Assembly: GCA_016280915.1 (NCBI GenBank)
Contig: JAEEHQ010000036.1
Location: forward strand, 29,269 to 93,268
Direction: 5' to 3'
DNA length: 64,000 nt
From: Bacteroidales bacterium
GTDB taxonomy: Bacteria; Bacteroidota; Bacteroidia; Bacteroidales; P3
Position numbers and translations under genes: made by a program. Within the stretch, counting starts at the first letter, position 1, and every line of letters begins with the position of its first letter. Positions 47,101 to 54,876 of the stretch are shown here, in pieces. The notes beneath the pieces are model-generated. The model was given only the letters and a program-made list of their open reading frames with translations, was not told the DNA's origin and did no database searches.

Positions 47101-48789
47101 AGATGCGGAGGATCCGGCATTGTAGGATTCAAACCCCTCAACGAAAGGCAGGCTGCTGTTGGCAATGGCCACGCAGGCTGTGCGGAACTGCACTGTCAGG
47201 GGATTGTAGGCGCTGCCGTCGCTGCAGTTGGCCGCCATGCTGACGGTGTAGTCCGTGTTGGGTGTGAGGGAGGTGAACGTCACCACAGTGTCCTGTACTT
47301 CCATGCTGTCAACCAGCAGGGTGTCGTTGTACAGTTTTACGGTGTAGTTGGCAGCAGTACCAACGGTGTCGAAGATAAACAGCTCGGCCTGGTCGGAACC
47401 GATGTTGCGCATGGTGATGTACGAAGGTCTGTCGCAGGAGGGAGACTCAAACACGCTGATGTCGTCAACGCGTATGTTGCCATAGTTGCCGTAGTAGCGG
47501 ATGACCATACGGCCCGAGGCATTGGGGCTCATCGGGGTTTCAAAAAGCTCCCAGTTGCCGGTGGCTCTGGGCACGAGCGTGGACACCTCGGTGTAGGTGC
47601 TGGTGTCGGTGGCATCGGTCATGTAGCCTACACCCAGATAGGTGTTGCTGTTGTCCGTCGTCATCCACAGTCCTAAAGAGAGGCTGGATAGGGTCTCGGT
47701 AAAAGTGGGCAGGATGATGAAGGTGGGATAGGAGGTGGTGTGGCCATAGATGCGCAGGGCATTGCCAGAGGCATCGCTGTCGTGGTTCCAAGAGTTCTGG
47801 AGGAAGGTATAGTCGTTGTAGTTGCCTATCACATCCCAGCAGGGCAGGTTGGTGATAGAGGAAGTGTTGCTGGAAGCAGAGGTACCCGTGTAGGAGTTGA
47901 AGTTCTCGTTCCAAGGCAGTGCACTAATGGAACCACAGGCGGTACGGAACGAAACTGTGCTGAAGTTGGAGGTGTCGTCAATGCCGCAGATGGCACGCAC
48001 ACGGACGGTATAGGCCGTGTTGGCGTTCAGATTGGTGAAAACATAGGTGGAGTCGTATACCTCGTTGACAAAAGAACCATTGAGATACAGAGCCCAGCTG
48101 CTCTCTCCGTTGCGGGAGTTCCAGCTGATAGTGGCATCGCTAGGGGTGATGTTGGAGGCCGTAAGGTTGGAGGGCGTGAGGCAGATGTCGCTGCCAGAAG
48201 TATAGGTGAAAGTCACCTTGGGAAGGAAGGCCTGAGTATAGTTGGGACCTGTGGCGGAGCTAGTAGAGGTGCCGTATATATTGCCAGCGGCAGCATGGCT
48301 TTGGATAGCACCGTAGAAATGGCTATAGGGACAGCCCGAACCGGCTGCCGTATTCATGACGCTGATAAGGAGGTTGCCTCCACTGTAGGTGTAGGGGTCG
48401 GTCAATGAGATTTCCCAGCGTCCGTTCACCACGGAACAGGTGCCAGTCCAAGCAGCCCGGGTGGAGGCCGGCATCTTCCATGGCATGGAAGAATCAAAAG
48501 TGGTGTCGCTTACTTCGGCAATCCTCAGTTCCAGATTAGAAGTCCAGCTTTCGTCATCGTCGGCGTAGAAGGTCAGACCGGTAATGGTGCTACCAGCCAT
48601 CGCATTCAGTAACCGTGCCGGATAAATAAACTCGTTCCGGAACCGAGAATCGTTGTAGAAGCCGTGTATAGGTATGTATGAGTTGGTCGAAGTGCCATTA
48701 CATACCTGTAACGAGTCTTGGGCGCTCAAGGTCATTGGTAGCAACAATGACAAGAGCAGGGTTGCAAAAATTACTTTTCTTTTAATCAT
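41164..48789 (-). CDS. Giant (2541-aa) T9SS-secreted modular surface protein
   Basis: Signal peptide MIKRKVIFATLLLSLLLPMTLSAQ. Eight tandem modules of about 250 aa follow, each an Fn3-like segment plus a MAM / cleaved-adhesin / choice-of-anchor-J-like beta-sandwich. Three InlB-B-repeat-like units come next. The protein ends in a T9SS CTD, 'FTLFPNPASNVVSL...VTILDINGRQ...GTYFVRVTGKQGTAVRKLIVK'. Confidence 0.9.
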   Translation of the reverse strand: MIKRKVIFATLLLSLLLPMTLSAQDSLQVCNGTSTNSYIPIHGFYNDSRFRNEFIYPARLLNAMAGSTITGLTFYADDDESWTSNLELRIAEVSDTTFDSSMPWKMPASTRAAWTGTCSVVNGRWEISLTDPYTYSGGNLLISVMNTAAGSGCPYSHFYGAIQSHAAAGNIYGTSTSSATGPNYTQAFLPKVTFTYTSGSDICLTPSNLTASNITPSDATISWNSRNGESSWALYLNGSFVNEVYDSTYVFTNLNANTAYTVRVRAICGIDDTSNFSTVSFRTACGSISALPWNENFNSYTGTSASSNTSSITNLPCWDVIGNYNDYTFLQNSWNHDSDASGNALRIYGHTTSYPTFIILPTFTETLSSLSLGLWMTTDNSNTYLGVGYMTDATDTSTYTEVSTLVPRATGNWELFETPMSPNASGRMVIRYYGNYGNIRVDDISVFESPSCDRPSYITMRNIGSDQAELFIFDTVGTAANYTVKLYNDTLLVDSMEVQDTVVTFTSLTPNTDYTVSMAANCSDGSAYNPLTVQFRTACVAIANSSLPFVEGFESYNAGSSASSSTAMNLSCWAVTNRYSQNYPYFSTSQHHSGNNSMAIYTSNTTPTVVALPLFEDSPSSLMLNFWLYGQSMQVGVMSNPNDPNTFVAVQNCAPATTNSWNMYDVTFDGITSGYIAFRYNGSSYGTAYIDDITVLTTPSCARPTDIVMQNITDQEAELHIIDTIGDAISYTVKVYNDSAMVDSIEAFSTVVPFYSLTPNTLYTVSMTANCSDGGSTSTLSLQFQTACTAFPTDSLPFFEGFEGYAGSSYSSSSSAMNIPCWGVLDRYSSSYPYFSTSQAHTDSNSLAIYSYSSPATIVSLPHFEETPNNLMLDFWLYGQPVQVGIISNPMDANSFVALQTITPASSSAWEHCQTTFANQYSGLIAIRYAGGSTSYSYIDDITVSALPSCTSPSSVVASNISTTSADIIINDANGINHYMIYLSATDSVEWYDTIYQMTDLTPSTAYTVSVRTICNDYTMTDPTSVSFRTGCDIISTLPWHEDFNSYASLFTSYPNEMVGEMIPCWGLIKSNPGAHMSLSGSSYRYGDSGYSLVFYPGVANRSTYVVLPEFSDDISGLELQFQTRPEGTSSNSGSFDVGYLTSATDTTTFVSVQHYDYSDFNNEYQQKLVSFVNAPTGSRMAMRHNSASTNWYWFVDEVDVHALPSCEMPTSIAVSDVTTTSITVSVSGNEGNSYDYRIFHNDTIVDSASSTDTSWTFNYLMPNRPYTIEVRTECYDGGYTSALTTQTRTACAVLTVNDLPYTEDFESFATSLNDIPCWTRHNYGTSYTSYPQIYSTTGFGGTSSKVVYFNTSQTIEYLVLPEVESLSNLQFSYFAKTAGSYTADVKIGVMTDPTDTATFSVLETVSFNNSWNYYTTDLSQYSDTGRFVAIRFYADQYRGFYLDDVELRVTPSCARPASISLSNLTTTSAQLHINGAQTTGNYTIALAYGTIVDTLIATDTLVNLTGLSANTNYTVAVVANCADGYSHFPLIAQFSTPCDAIDSLPWNEGFENMATDLTNNLPCWSYIANSNSNSKVIVVSTSSRVHSGSKALRFNGNCQTPNFSVLPYFEDSIQRLRLSMWIVAENGTNPGLLRVGYLTNPTDSSSFVQTASFNCADYTTYQQVEVYFAGAPAGSRIAISQLNNANYWWWVDDIEVDYAPVCSSPVITVSNITDTSATVTLTDANNTNHYRLFTSPTDSIEVTGNTITLTGLTYNTAYALTAVTICSGNEVSNSSSATFTTACSLITTAMLPWSEGFEGYTGATYSSSTSAFNDPCWTILNRYSDNYPYINTNASYPNSGSQCLTFYSSSSAATILALPPFADSLANLLFTFSMMKTSSSTAGVEVGYLTDPTNASSFVSLQSCTNTSSSTYQTFETRFPNNATGLIALRYNGSYTSLYLDDFSVLIAPNCHRPGAVTVSNITAYSVDITITDTTNNNNYRIVVNGTDTTDITSQTLSLTGLTPATNYTVSVSSLCPDGNVTAPINVAFQTLCASITTLPWTEDFSSIPAGTSNIYTNGYLPCWDMFRGRYIDSTNTVTSEPATSDIFALNSYAMGSTHLRCNIYGNNNYRWLATPSFTLSTPAEFSFRYALTKYNNAEPIDSIGSDDRFMVLVTANGGTTWTPLYTFGHGADADVQIDSVSNTPDSVAIDLTSFMGQTIRIAFYGESVLVNTDNDFHIDDLRLISTGLPPTYYDVTLLSSDSTMGSVSPAGVTSIVENSSFTATATANDGYHFVGWSDGSSQVSTDNPYTFIVNNDITLTAVFEQDIVYYTVNISSSDNNLGHPSPSGDTLVAEGQSITVSASTHGIARFDGWYIGEERLSTDNPYTFQVNSDMAIVANFVQRYTLQLDYNPFQGQATGNGIYDAGSEVTITATPEAEYLFNGWLFSGSTDTIFTNPYTFTINENTEIEVLFKQQPVGIDDVVTADFTLFPNPASNVVSLNGIENGATVTILDINGRQTFHTTANNDNVTIDLQGYAQGTYFVRVTGKQGTAVRKLIVK
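42106..48189 (-). repeat. Intragenic tandem array of eight modules of about 750 nt
   Basis: Module boundaries are marked by 'ICLTP', 'PSCDRP', 'PSCARP', 'PSCTSP', 'PSCEMP', 'PSCARP', 'PVCSSP' and 'PNCHRP' at aa 201, 449, 698, 947, 1204, 1451, 1700 and 1949. Confidence 0.8.
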
Positions 48790-50200
48790 TTAGTTTTGTT
48801 ATTAGTTAGTAAATTTATCTTCTTCGTTAGTTAGTTTCTTAATAATCACATACTTTTTTTGTCCCAGCCATCACCACTAGGGTCATTCCATCGGAGTTTT
48901 TGTCTGAAGATGGAGTCCGTTTAACCGCAGAAGTGGGTGGCGGATGATAATCTTATTTGCGAATCCAGCCTTCATATTATTCGCAAAAGTGATTAAACGT
49001 ATCCTTTGAAAAAATATTGTATCCTTTGAAAAAAAAATACACTTGTGGATCCAACATCGAATGGAAGCAATGTTGTCTAGCCATGACATAATATCTTTTT
49101 CCTTTTTTTTTGAAGTCGATTTGCATCGGTTGTTGTGTCATTTTTCAAATGCAATATATTTTTATTGTTACATTATTTTTGCTTTGTTTGTGTTAGCTGT
49201 TGCTCTCATATTATTGTAACGTTTCAAAAGCAAGAATAACTACAACGGAGTTCTTTTTTTTTACCATAGTCCTTACTCGTAAAACAGACTAAACGGAGTT
49301 CCTTTCCCCATAGACCCAACCCGTAGAAATTTTTCTCTCGTTGAGCTGCCCGATGTCCAACACCAAACCACCCTTTCCCATCTCCCGCCATCCAATCTCT
49401 CGCCTAAGCTGTCAGTGCTTCCTAGCGATAGCCAATTTGGGCGGGCGCGCCGCTCCGCCAGCATCTTTTTTGCCCCTTTAAAAAAAATCAACCTATCGGT
49501 AATAAGGTTGGTGTAAGTTGGCTATTTATATTACATTTGACCTATTTTTAGACTAGGTTTTATTTGTCATGTAAAAAATAAATATAAGTAAATTGTTGTT
49601 AGATAATTATTTAAATAAGGCCTCGTTTTATTGACTTGAATCTCGGCTGGAGGAGTGATGGAGATGATTTGTGTCTTTTTCGGAGGACATGCTTGCTAAG
49701 GGACAAGAGAAATAGTAGGATTTCATTGCGGGGGGTGGCTGATGGAAAACGGTTTGAACCGTTGTGCCACAGATGAGGAGTGGTGGCGGCATGCTGGGTG
49801 CGGCTCTTCAATGTATGGTTATTTTAGTCCCTTACCTCTTTAGGTTCGGTGAAGGCAGTCGAAGGCCCTTCGTTTGTTGGGGTCATTTCGGGGTTTGCAG
49901 ACTTGTTTGCCACCTAAAGAGGAGCCTGCCCATCCGGCGTTTCCCACGTTGCTTTGCGGTGGCGAAATGTGCTCTTAAAAGGGTCTTTCCCAGAGGCAAA
50001 TTTTGAAGCAAAAAGACCTTATTTTTTGTTTTTTGATAGCAAAAATGATGAAAAAAAACGATTCTTTGTATGCGTTGTTAAAAACTAAATTATTTGAAAA
50101 TCAAGCGTATGTATTTTTTTTTTAGAAGAATCGTGTTTATTTGATAAAAAAAGCGTAATATTGCCAATCAATTTTAGGCTCATTATATACTAAAATTTGC

Positions 50201-51208
50201 ATGATGAAAAAGTACAATAAAATAACTCTGCTTCTGTTGCTTCTGGTGCTGGGCATGCAGGGAGTAAAAGCACAAGACGTTGGATTCTCGCAGTTCTATG
50301 CCAATCCGCTGTACCTCAACCCTGCCTTTGCTGGTTCTAAGGTAGCACCGCGAATCTCTTTAACCTATCGCGCCCAGTGGCCTGGGCTCGTCAGTGCTTT
50401 TACTACTGTTAGTGGCTCTTACGACCAGTATATACCTGATTTGCATGGTGGTATTGGTGCCATCATTATATCTGACCGCCAGGGCGACCATGGCATTTTG
50501 GGAACCACCTCCTTGGGCGCTATGTATTCATTCCGTTTCAAGATCCATGAGGACATATTCGTCAACTTGGCCCTGCAGGCCTCTATCGTCAATACCAACC
50601 TTTCGTGGGATTTGAACAACCTGCGCTTTGGCGACCAAATTGACGCCAACAACGGTTTCGTCAACCAGACCTCTGCTACGGCTCCCGACCAGACCAGTAT
50701 CTTCTATCCTGACTTTGCTGCCGGTGGTATGGTCTATGGCCCTGCATGGTATGTCGGCGTGGCCGCCCACCACCTCAACCAGCCTAGCCAGGGCTTTTAT
50801 AGTGAGGACCCCGTTCCCATCAAGTTTTCTGCCAATGCAGGTGGTCTGATTAATATTTCGGAGGAGCGTCGTCGTCAGTCTTCCCTCGGTCTCGGCCAGC
50901 CGGTCATCTCCCCCAACTTCATCTATCAGTATCAGGGTGGTTTCCATTATTTCAACTATGGTCTCTATCTCGACTGGATGCCCTTCCTTGTGGGTGTGTG
51001 GTATCGCAATGGCATTGAGAACTCCGATGCTTTCATCTTTATGGTGGGTGTGCAGCAAGACCATTTCAAGATTGGCTATAGCTATGATGCAACCGTTTCA
51101 CAGCTGGCCAACAGCACGGCTGGTTCGCACGAAATCACCATCGGCATCCTGCTTCCTGCTCCCGAACAGAAGCATAAGATTAAGGCCATCCGCTGCCCGT
51201 CCTTCTAA
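50201..51208 (+). CDS. PorP/SprF-family T9SS membrane protein
   Basis: Signal peptide, then 'DVGFSQFYANPLYLNPAFAG', the family-defining N-terminal block. The rest has beta-barrel-like alternation. Confidence 0.85.
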   Translation: MMKKYNKITLLLLLLVLGMQGVKAQDVGFSQFYANPLYLNPAFAGSKVAPRISLTYRAQWPGLVSAFTTVSGSYDQYIPDLHGGIGAIIISDRQGDHGILGTTSLGAMYSFRFKIHEDIFVNLALQASIVNTNLSWDLNNLRFGDQIDANNGFVNQTSATAPDQTSIFYPDFAAGGMVYGPAWYVGVAAHHLNQPSQGFYSEDPVPIKFSANAGGLINISEERRRQSSLGLGQPVISPNFIYQYQGGFHYFNYGLYLDWMPFLVGVWYRNGIENSDAFIFMVGVQQDHFKIGYSYDATVSQLANSTAGSHEITIGILLPAPEQKHKIKAIRCPSF

Positions 51209-51286
51209 TCGTGGATGATAAAAATTCTTAAAAACGAAACAAATTATTGATAATAACGTATAAGATAGATAAAAAATTAATCTACT

Positions 51287-52849
51287 ATGAAGATTTTAAA
51301 ATTCTCATTCCTTATGCTGGCATCTGCGCTGCTGCTCACGGCTTGTGGCGGTAGCAAGGATAAGTCTGAAACCACGGGTTGGAATCTGAATGATACCGAG
51401 TGGGGCGGCTTCGACCGTTCTTCCTATTCAGAACAGATTACTGGTCCCGGTCTCGTGTTCATCGAAGGCGGTTCCTTCCAAATGGGACGTGTAGCCGATG
51501 AGTCGCGCTTCTCATGGAACAACCTTGTCCACACAGTCACCGTCTCCTCTTTCTACATGGATGAGACCGAGGTCTCCAACATTTCTTATCGTGAGTTTGT
51601 CTATTGGATGAACCGCGCTTATGGTGAGGAGTATCCCGAGTTGGTCAAGAATATCTATCCCGATACTACCGTTTGGCGTTCCCGCCTCTCCTGGGTGGAG
51701 AACTTTGTTGAGAACTATTTCCAGTGCGCTATGTTCAACGACTATCCCGTTGTGGGCGTTACTTGGGAGCAGGCTTCTCAATATTGCAAATGGCGTACCG
51801 ACCGCGTCAACGAGAAAATCCTCGTGGATGCCGGTATCATCGAGCTGGCTCAGAGCGAGCTGACGGGTGCTGACGCTTTCCAAACCGATGTCTATTTGGC
51901 TGGTTTGTATAAGGGCGAGGGTGCCGGTGTGCCCGACCTCAATCCTGCCAGCGGTGGCGAGAGCCGTAATGTGCGCCGTTCCGACGGTATCCTCCTCCCC
52001 AACTACCGTCTGCCTACCGAGGCTGAGTGGGAGTTTGCAGCTCTGGGTATGATTGGCAACACCTACGACGAGCGTATCGTTGAGCATAAGACCTATCCTT
52101 GGGCTGGTCAGAGCGTCCGTTCTGCCAACAAGAAATACTATGGTCAGTTCCTGGCTAACTTCAAGCGTTCGCGTGGCGATGCCATGGGTGTGGCAGGCAA
52201 CCTCAACGATGGTTGGGAGTACACCGCTCCTGTTAGATGGTATTTCCCCAACGACTACGGTCTGTATCACATGGCTGGCAACGTGGCTGAGTGGTGTGGC
52301 GATGTGTATCGTAAGGATGCTAACCCCATCGGTGCCGATGACCAGAACCCCTTCCGTGGCAATGTCTATCAGTATGTTGCTATGAGCGAGGATGGTGAGG
52401 AAGCCGCTATCGACGAAGCTACCGGCAACCTGATTTATCAGAACGTTCCCGACGACATGAACCGTCGCAACTATCGTCAGGCCGACAATATCAACTACCT
52501 CGATGGTGACTGGAATTCCAGCATCTACGACTTCGAGAGCAAGGAGCCCACTTCTGCTTCCGGCTGGCTGCGCGAGTACGACGACGAAGAGGAGGCTGAT
52601 GAAGAGGTTACCCGCACCAATGATGAGCAGACCAACCAGATGTATCACCGTTCCGACAGTCTTGATCGTAAGAACATTACTTCTATGATCAACAACCGCG
52701 TTCGCGTGGTGAAGGGTGGTAGTTGGCGCGACCGTGCTTACTGGATGCAGAGCGGCACCCGTCGTTACTACGACCAAGATCGCAGCACCGCTTGGATTGG
52801 TTTCCGTTGTGCTATGGACCGCATGGGTTCCCGTACCGGTGCTAAGTAA
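51287..52849 (+). CDS. PorK/GldK/GldJ-family T9SS lipoprotein (FGE-sulfatase / SUMF1-like fold); the N-terminus looks GldJ-like
   Basis: Lipobox 'LLLTAC'. 'TGWNLNDTEWGGF', 'GLVFIEGGSFQMG', 'FYMDETEVSN', 'YPVVGVTWEQASQYCKWRT' and 'HMAGNVAEWC'. Confidence 0.78.
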   Translation: MKILKFSFLMLASALLLTACGGSKDKSETTGWNLNDTEWGGFDRSSYSEQITGPGLVFIEGGSFQMGRVADESRFSWNNLVHTVTVSSFYMDETEVSNISYREFVYWMNRAYGEEYPELVKNIYPDTTVWRSRLSWVENFVENYFQCAMFNDYPVVGVTWEQASQYCKWRTDRVNEKILVDAGIIELAQSELTGADAFQTDVYLAGLYKGEGAGVPDLNPASGGESRNVRRSDGILLPNYRLPTEAEWEFAALGMIGNTYDERIVEHKTYPWAGQSVRSANKKYYGQFLANFKRSRGDAMGVAGNLNDGWEYTAPVRWYFPNDYGLYHMAGNVAEWCGDVYRKDANPIGADDQNPFRGNVYQYVAMSEDGEEAAIDEATGNLIYQNVPDDMNRRNYRQADNINYLDGDWNSSIYDFESKEPTSASGWLREYDDEEEADEEVTRTNDEQTNQMYHRSDSLDRKNITSMINNRVRVVKGGSWRDRAYWMQSGTRRYYDQDRSTAWIGFRCAMDRMGSRTGAK

Positions 52850-52874
52850 ACAAATAAATACATAAATAATAAGA

Positions 52875-52911
52875 GAATGTGGCCTGTCTGATATAGGCCA
52901 CATTCTTTTTT
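52875..52911 (+). terminator. Rho-independent terminator
   Basis: GAATGTGGCCT (52875-52885) pairs with AGGCCACATTC (52895-52905), followed by TTTTTT. Confidence 0.72.
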
Positions 52912-52946
52912 ATATGATGGGTTCTTTGAAGTGATGGCTTATCAAT

Positions 52947-53092
52947 AAAGGTGGGTTCTATTAATTCAAAATTAGGAAGTAAAAATGGTAGTTAAAATGG
53001 ACAATACTGTTGAAGACCATACATTTGTCCTATTTAACTTCCTATTTAGCTTCCCATTTAACTCCATATCATTCAATTTATAGAAGACCCCT
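52947..53092. repeat. Short derivative of the GGTGGGTTCTATAAA-terminated repeat family
   Basis: AAGGTGGGTTCTATTAA (52947-52963) and the inverse-oriented TTTATAGAAGACCCCT (53077-53092) bound about 146 bp of AT-rich non-coding DNA. The termini match imperfectly. Confidence 0.4.
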
Positions 53093-53161
53093 AAATACAA
53101 TATACAATGGCCCCGAAAACCTTACATTATAATCCCAAAACACTTATGTCGGGTTCTATTA

Positions 53162-53296
53162 AAGTGGGTCCTAATTATTCATCTTTGAGAGCGTCGATTT
53201 CTCCTCTTTCGCGATGCTCAGCTATCGAAAATCAACAGGACTTTCTTCACTTCGACACGCTGAGTGTATTTGCCTGATATACCCCACACACAAAGT
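53162..53296 (+). repeat. Intergenic repeat family B, copy 2
   Basis: See 14944-15078. Confidence 0.65.
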
Positions 53297-53355
53297 AAGT
53301 GCATTCAAGCTTAATGCAGAACCGCAAAAGGCCCGGTGGGTGGAGCAATATGGCA

Positions 53356-54876
53356 TCAGGGCTGCACCAAGAGTTTCTTTGTAGAGGTACCAGCGGCAGT
53401 CTGCACCAGCACAACGTAGGAGCCCTGCGGCCATTCCCGGACCGAGAAGGTACAGGTCAAACCCTGAGCATCGGTTTTGTAAAGCAAGCGGCCGTCCATG
53501 GCGTATACCTCCACGCCAGTTAGGCGGTAGGCGGAGGTGACGGTTACCTGGTCGGATGTGGGATTGGGGGTGAGGCGTACAAGGCCATCGAGACGGATGT
53601 TGCTATTGGGTCGTTCGGTCCAGAGTTCGCTAGGTTCACTACACCAACTGACAGGGTGGCTCCACTCGCTGTAGCGCAGGAAGCCCTCGTCGCGACAGAC
53701 AGTGCGCACCCATGCCGACATACTATCTCTAGTATGTAGAGAGTCAATGTAGCGCCACACGCATCTGTCAAGGTCGACCATGGTTCCGTCGTTTGGGTCA
53801 ATGCCGACAGGTCCATAAGAGAGCTGCCACTCACTGTGATCCATATCGGCACTCTGCCAGCGTATGATAGTGGTGTCGCCAGCGTATCCAGTCACGTTGA
53901 ACCACTCCACCTGGGGGCATTGAGGCAACTCGTAGTCCCAGAGAGTATCGTAAGTTTCTATAATGGGCAATATCAAGAAAAAGTCCAAAGCATAGCGGTT
54001 TATCCACTGGTCGCGGATGTAACCACGAGGGGTTAATGGTATGCCTGTAGCACTTGTGATTATGTTTTCAAGCCATTCTGGGAAAGTCCAGCGCTGCTTG
54101 ATTTTCATAGGTGGCGGCCAGCAAGAAGGATCGTAATGCTGTCCGTGGAATGCCATTGTCATCCATCCAAACCCAAAAAGTGTTGGATTATAACTTCCTC
54201 CTTCCTGAGTCCAATTATCTCGTGCACTATATTCTTGCCAAGTCTGTGAGGCACCTACGTAGAACGAGTCTTCCACACGGACTGGTTTGTCAAAAAACTG
54301 GTATTGAGGACGCCACCACAAAGTATCGTCACCCCCATCGAAAAGGGGTATATGGCAGTCATGGCTGGTATGTCCCCTACCGAGAGGTAGCCGAGGACCA
54401 ATCTGCAACGGAGGGCCAAACCACAACGCGGGCACTCGCTCCAAAAGCATGAGTGTGTCGGGCGTGGCTTCATACAATAAGAGGTCGTTGATAGGATGTG
54501 GCTCAACGGTAAAAGTGTCTGAAATCCACCAGTACCAGTATGCTATACCATGAACCGTGGCACCGCCTTCGATGTAGTTGTATTGGATTTGTTCTCCACT
54601 AAGCATACAGCGGTACAAATAGGGAGAAGTTACAGGGAAATTCTCGCGTATTGAGTCATCAAGATGTTCAAATGGAATTTGGGGCATACCTCCGTAGCAG
54701 TACATTATTCCACCGGGGCCTATTTCGAGTGGATGTTGCGGGTCTGAGTCCAGCCAACCCTGATAGTCAAACTCTATATATGGCTTAAGCACCGTGTCTA
54801 TCCGCACGATATTTTGGCCCATAGCCCCGCTCAGGACAAACCATGTGGCTATAATTGTAAAAAAGTATTTCTTCAT
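53356..54876 (-). CDS. T9SS cargo protein, hypothetical (N-terminal domain paralogous to 57425-58864)
   Basis: Signal peptide MKKYFFTIIATWFVLSGAMGQ. An Fn3-like segment, 'CPQVEWFNVTGYAGDTTIIRWQS...AWVRTVC', is present. The CTD is 'LTPNPTSDQVTV...VEVYAMDGRLLY...GSYVVLVQTAAGTSTKKLLVQP'. Confidence 0.8.
   Translation of the reverse strand: MKKYFFTIIATWFVLSGAMGQNIVRIDTVLKPYIEFDYQGWLDSDPQHPLEIGPGGIMYCYGGMPQIPFEHLDDSIRENFPVTSPYLYRCMLSGEQIQYNYIEGGATVHGIAYWYWWISDTFTVEPHPINDLLLYEATPDTLMLLERVPALWFGPPLQIGPRLPLGRGHTSHDCHIPLFDGGDDTLWWRPQYQFFDKPVRVEDSFYVGASQTWQEYSARDNWTQEGGSYNPTLFGFGWMTMAFHGQHYDPSCWPPPMKIKQRWTFPEWLENIITSATGIPLTPRGYIRDQWINRYALDFFLILPIIETYDTLWDYELPQCPQVEWFNVTGYAGDTTIIRWQSADMDHSEWQLSYGPVGIDPNDGTMVDLDRCVWRYIDSLHTRDSMSAWVRTVCRDEGFLRYSEWSHPVSWCSEPSELWTERPNSNIRLDGLVRLTPNPTSDQVTVTSAYRLTGVEVYAMDGRLLYKTDAQGLTCTFSVREWPQGSYVVLVQTAAGTSTKKLLVQP

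Noticed and set aside
46030-47676. A 548-aa plus-strand ORF, along with 41815-42438, 42490-43461 and 47740-48408, lies antisense to the giant cargo gene.
   Set aside because: These ORFs have a Gly/Val/Ala/His-rich, low-complexity composition. They lie entirely within a strongly supported minus-strand CDS with a signal peptide, repeated domains and a CTD. This is the typical shadow-ORF pattern of a repetitive gene poor in antisense stop codons.
42106-48189. The regular ~750-nt periodicity could be mistaken for a repeat array or CRISPR-like structure.
   Set aside because: The repeats are in-frame protein modules within one ORF. There are no short direct repeats with unique spacers anywhere in the window, and no cas genes.
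49715-49770. 'GCGGGGGGTGGCTGATGGAAAACGG' superficially resembles a tmRNA 5' end (GGGGCTGA...).
   Set aside because: No tRNA-like 3' end (T-arm plus CCA-proximal acceptor) or tag-peptide reading frame could be found nearby on either strand.
48960-50200. A possible invertible (phase-variable) promoter between the giant cargo gene and the PorP gene.
   Set aside because: I could not find a convincing pair of inverted repeats flanking a promoter-bearing segment; only poly-A/T similarity is present. No site-specific recombinase gene is in the window.
51512-52903. A 463-aa minus-strand ORF lies opposite the PorK/GldJ-like gene.
   Set aside because: The plus-strand gene has a lipobox and FGE-fold motifs. 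The antisense translation is featureless and runs through the terminator hairpin.
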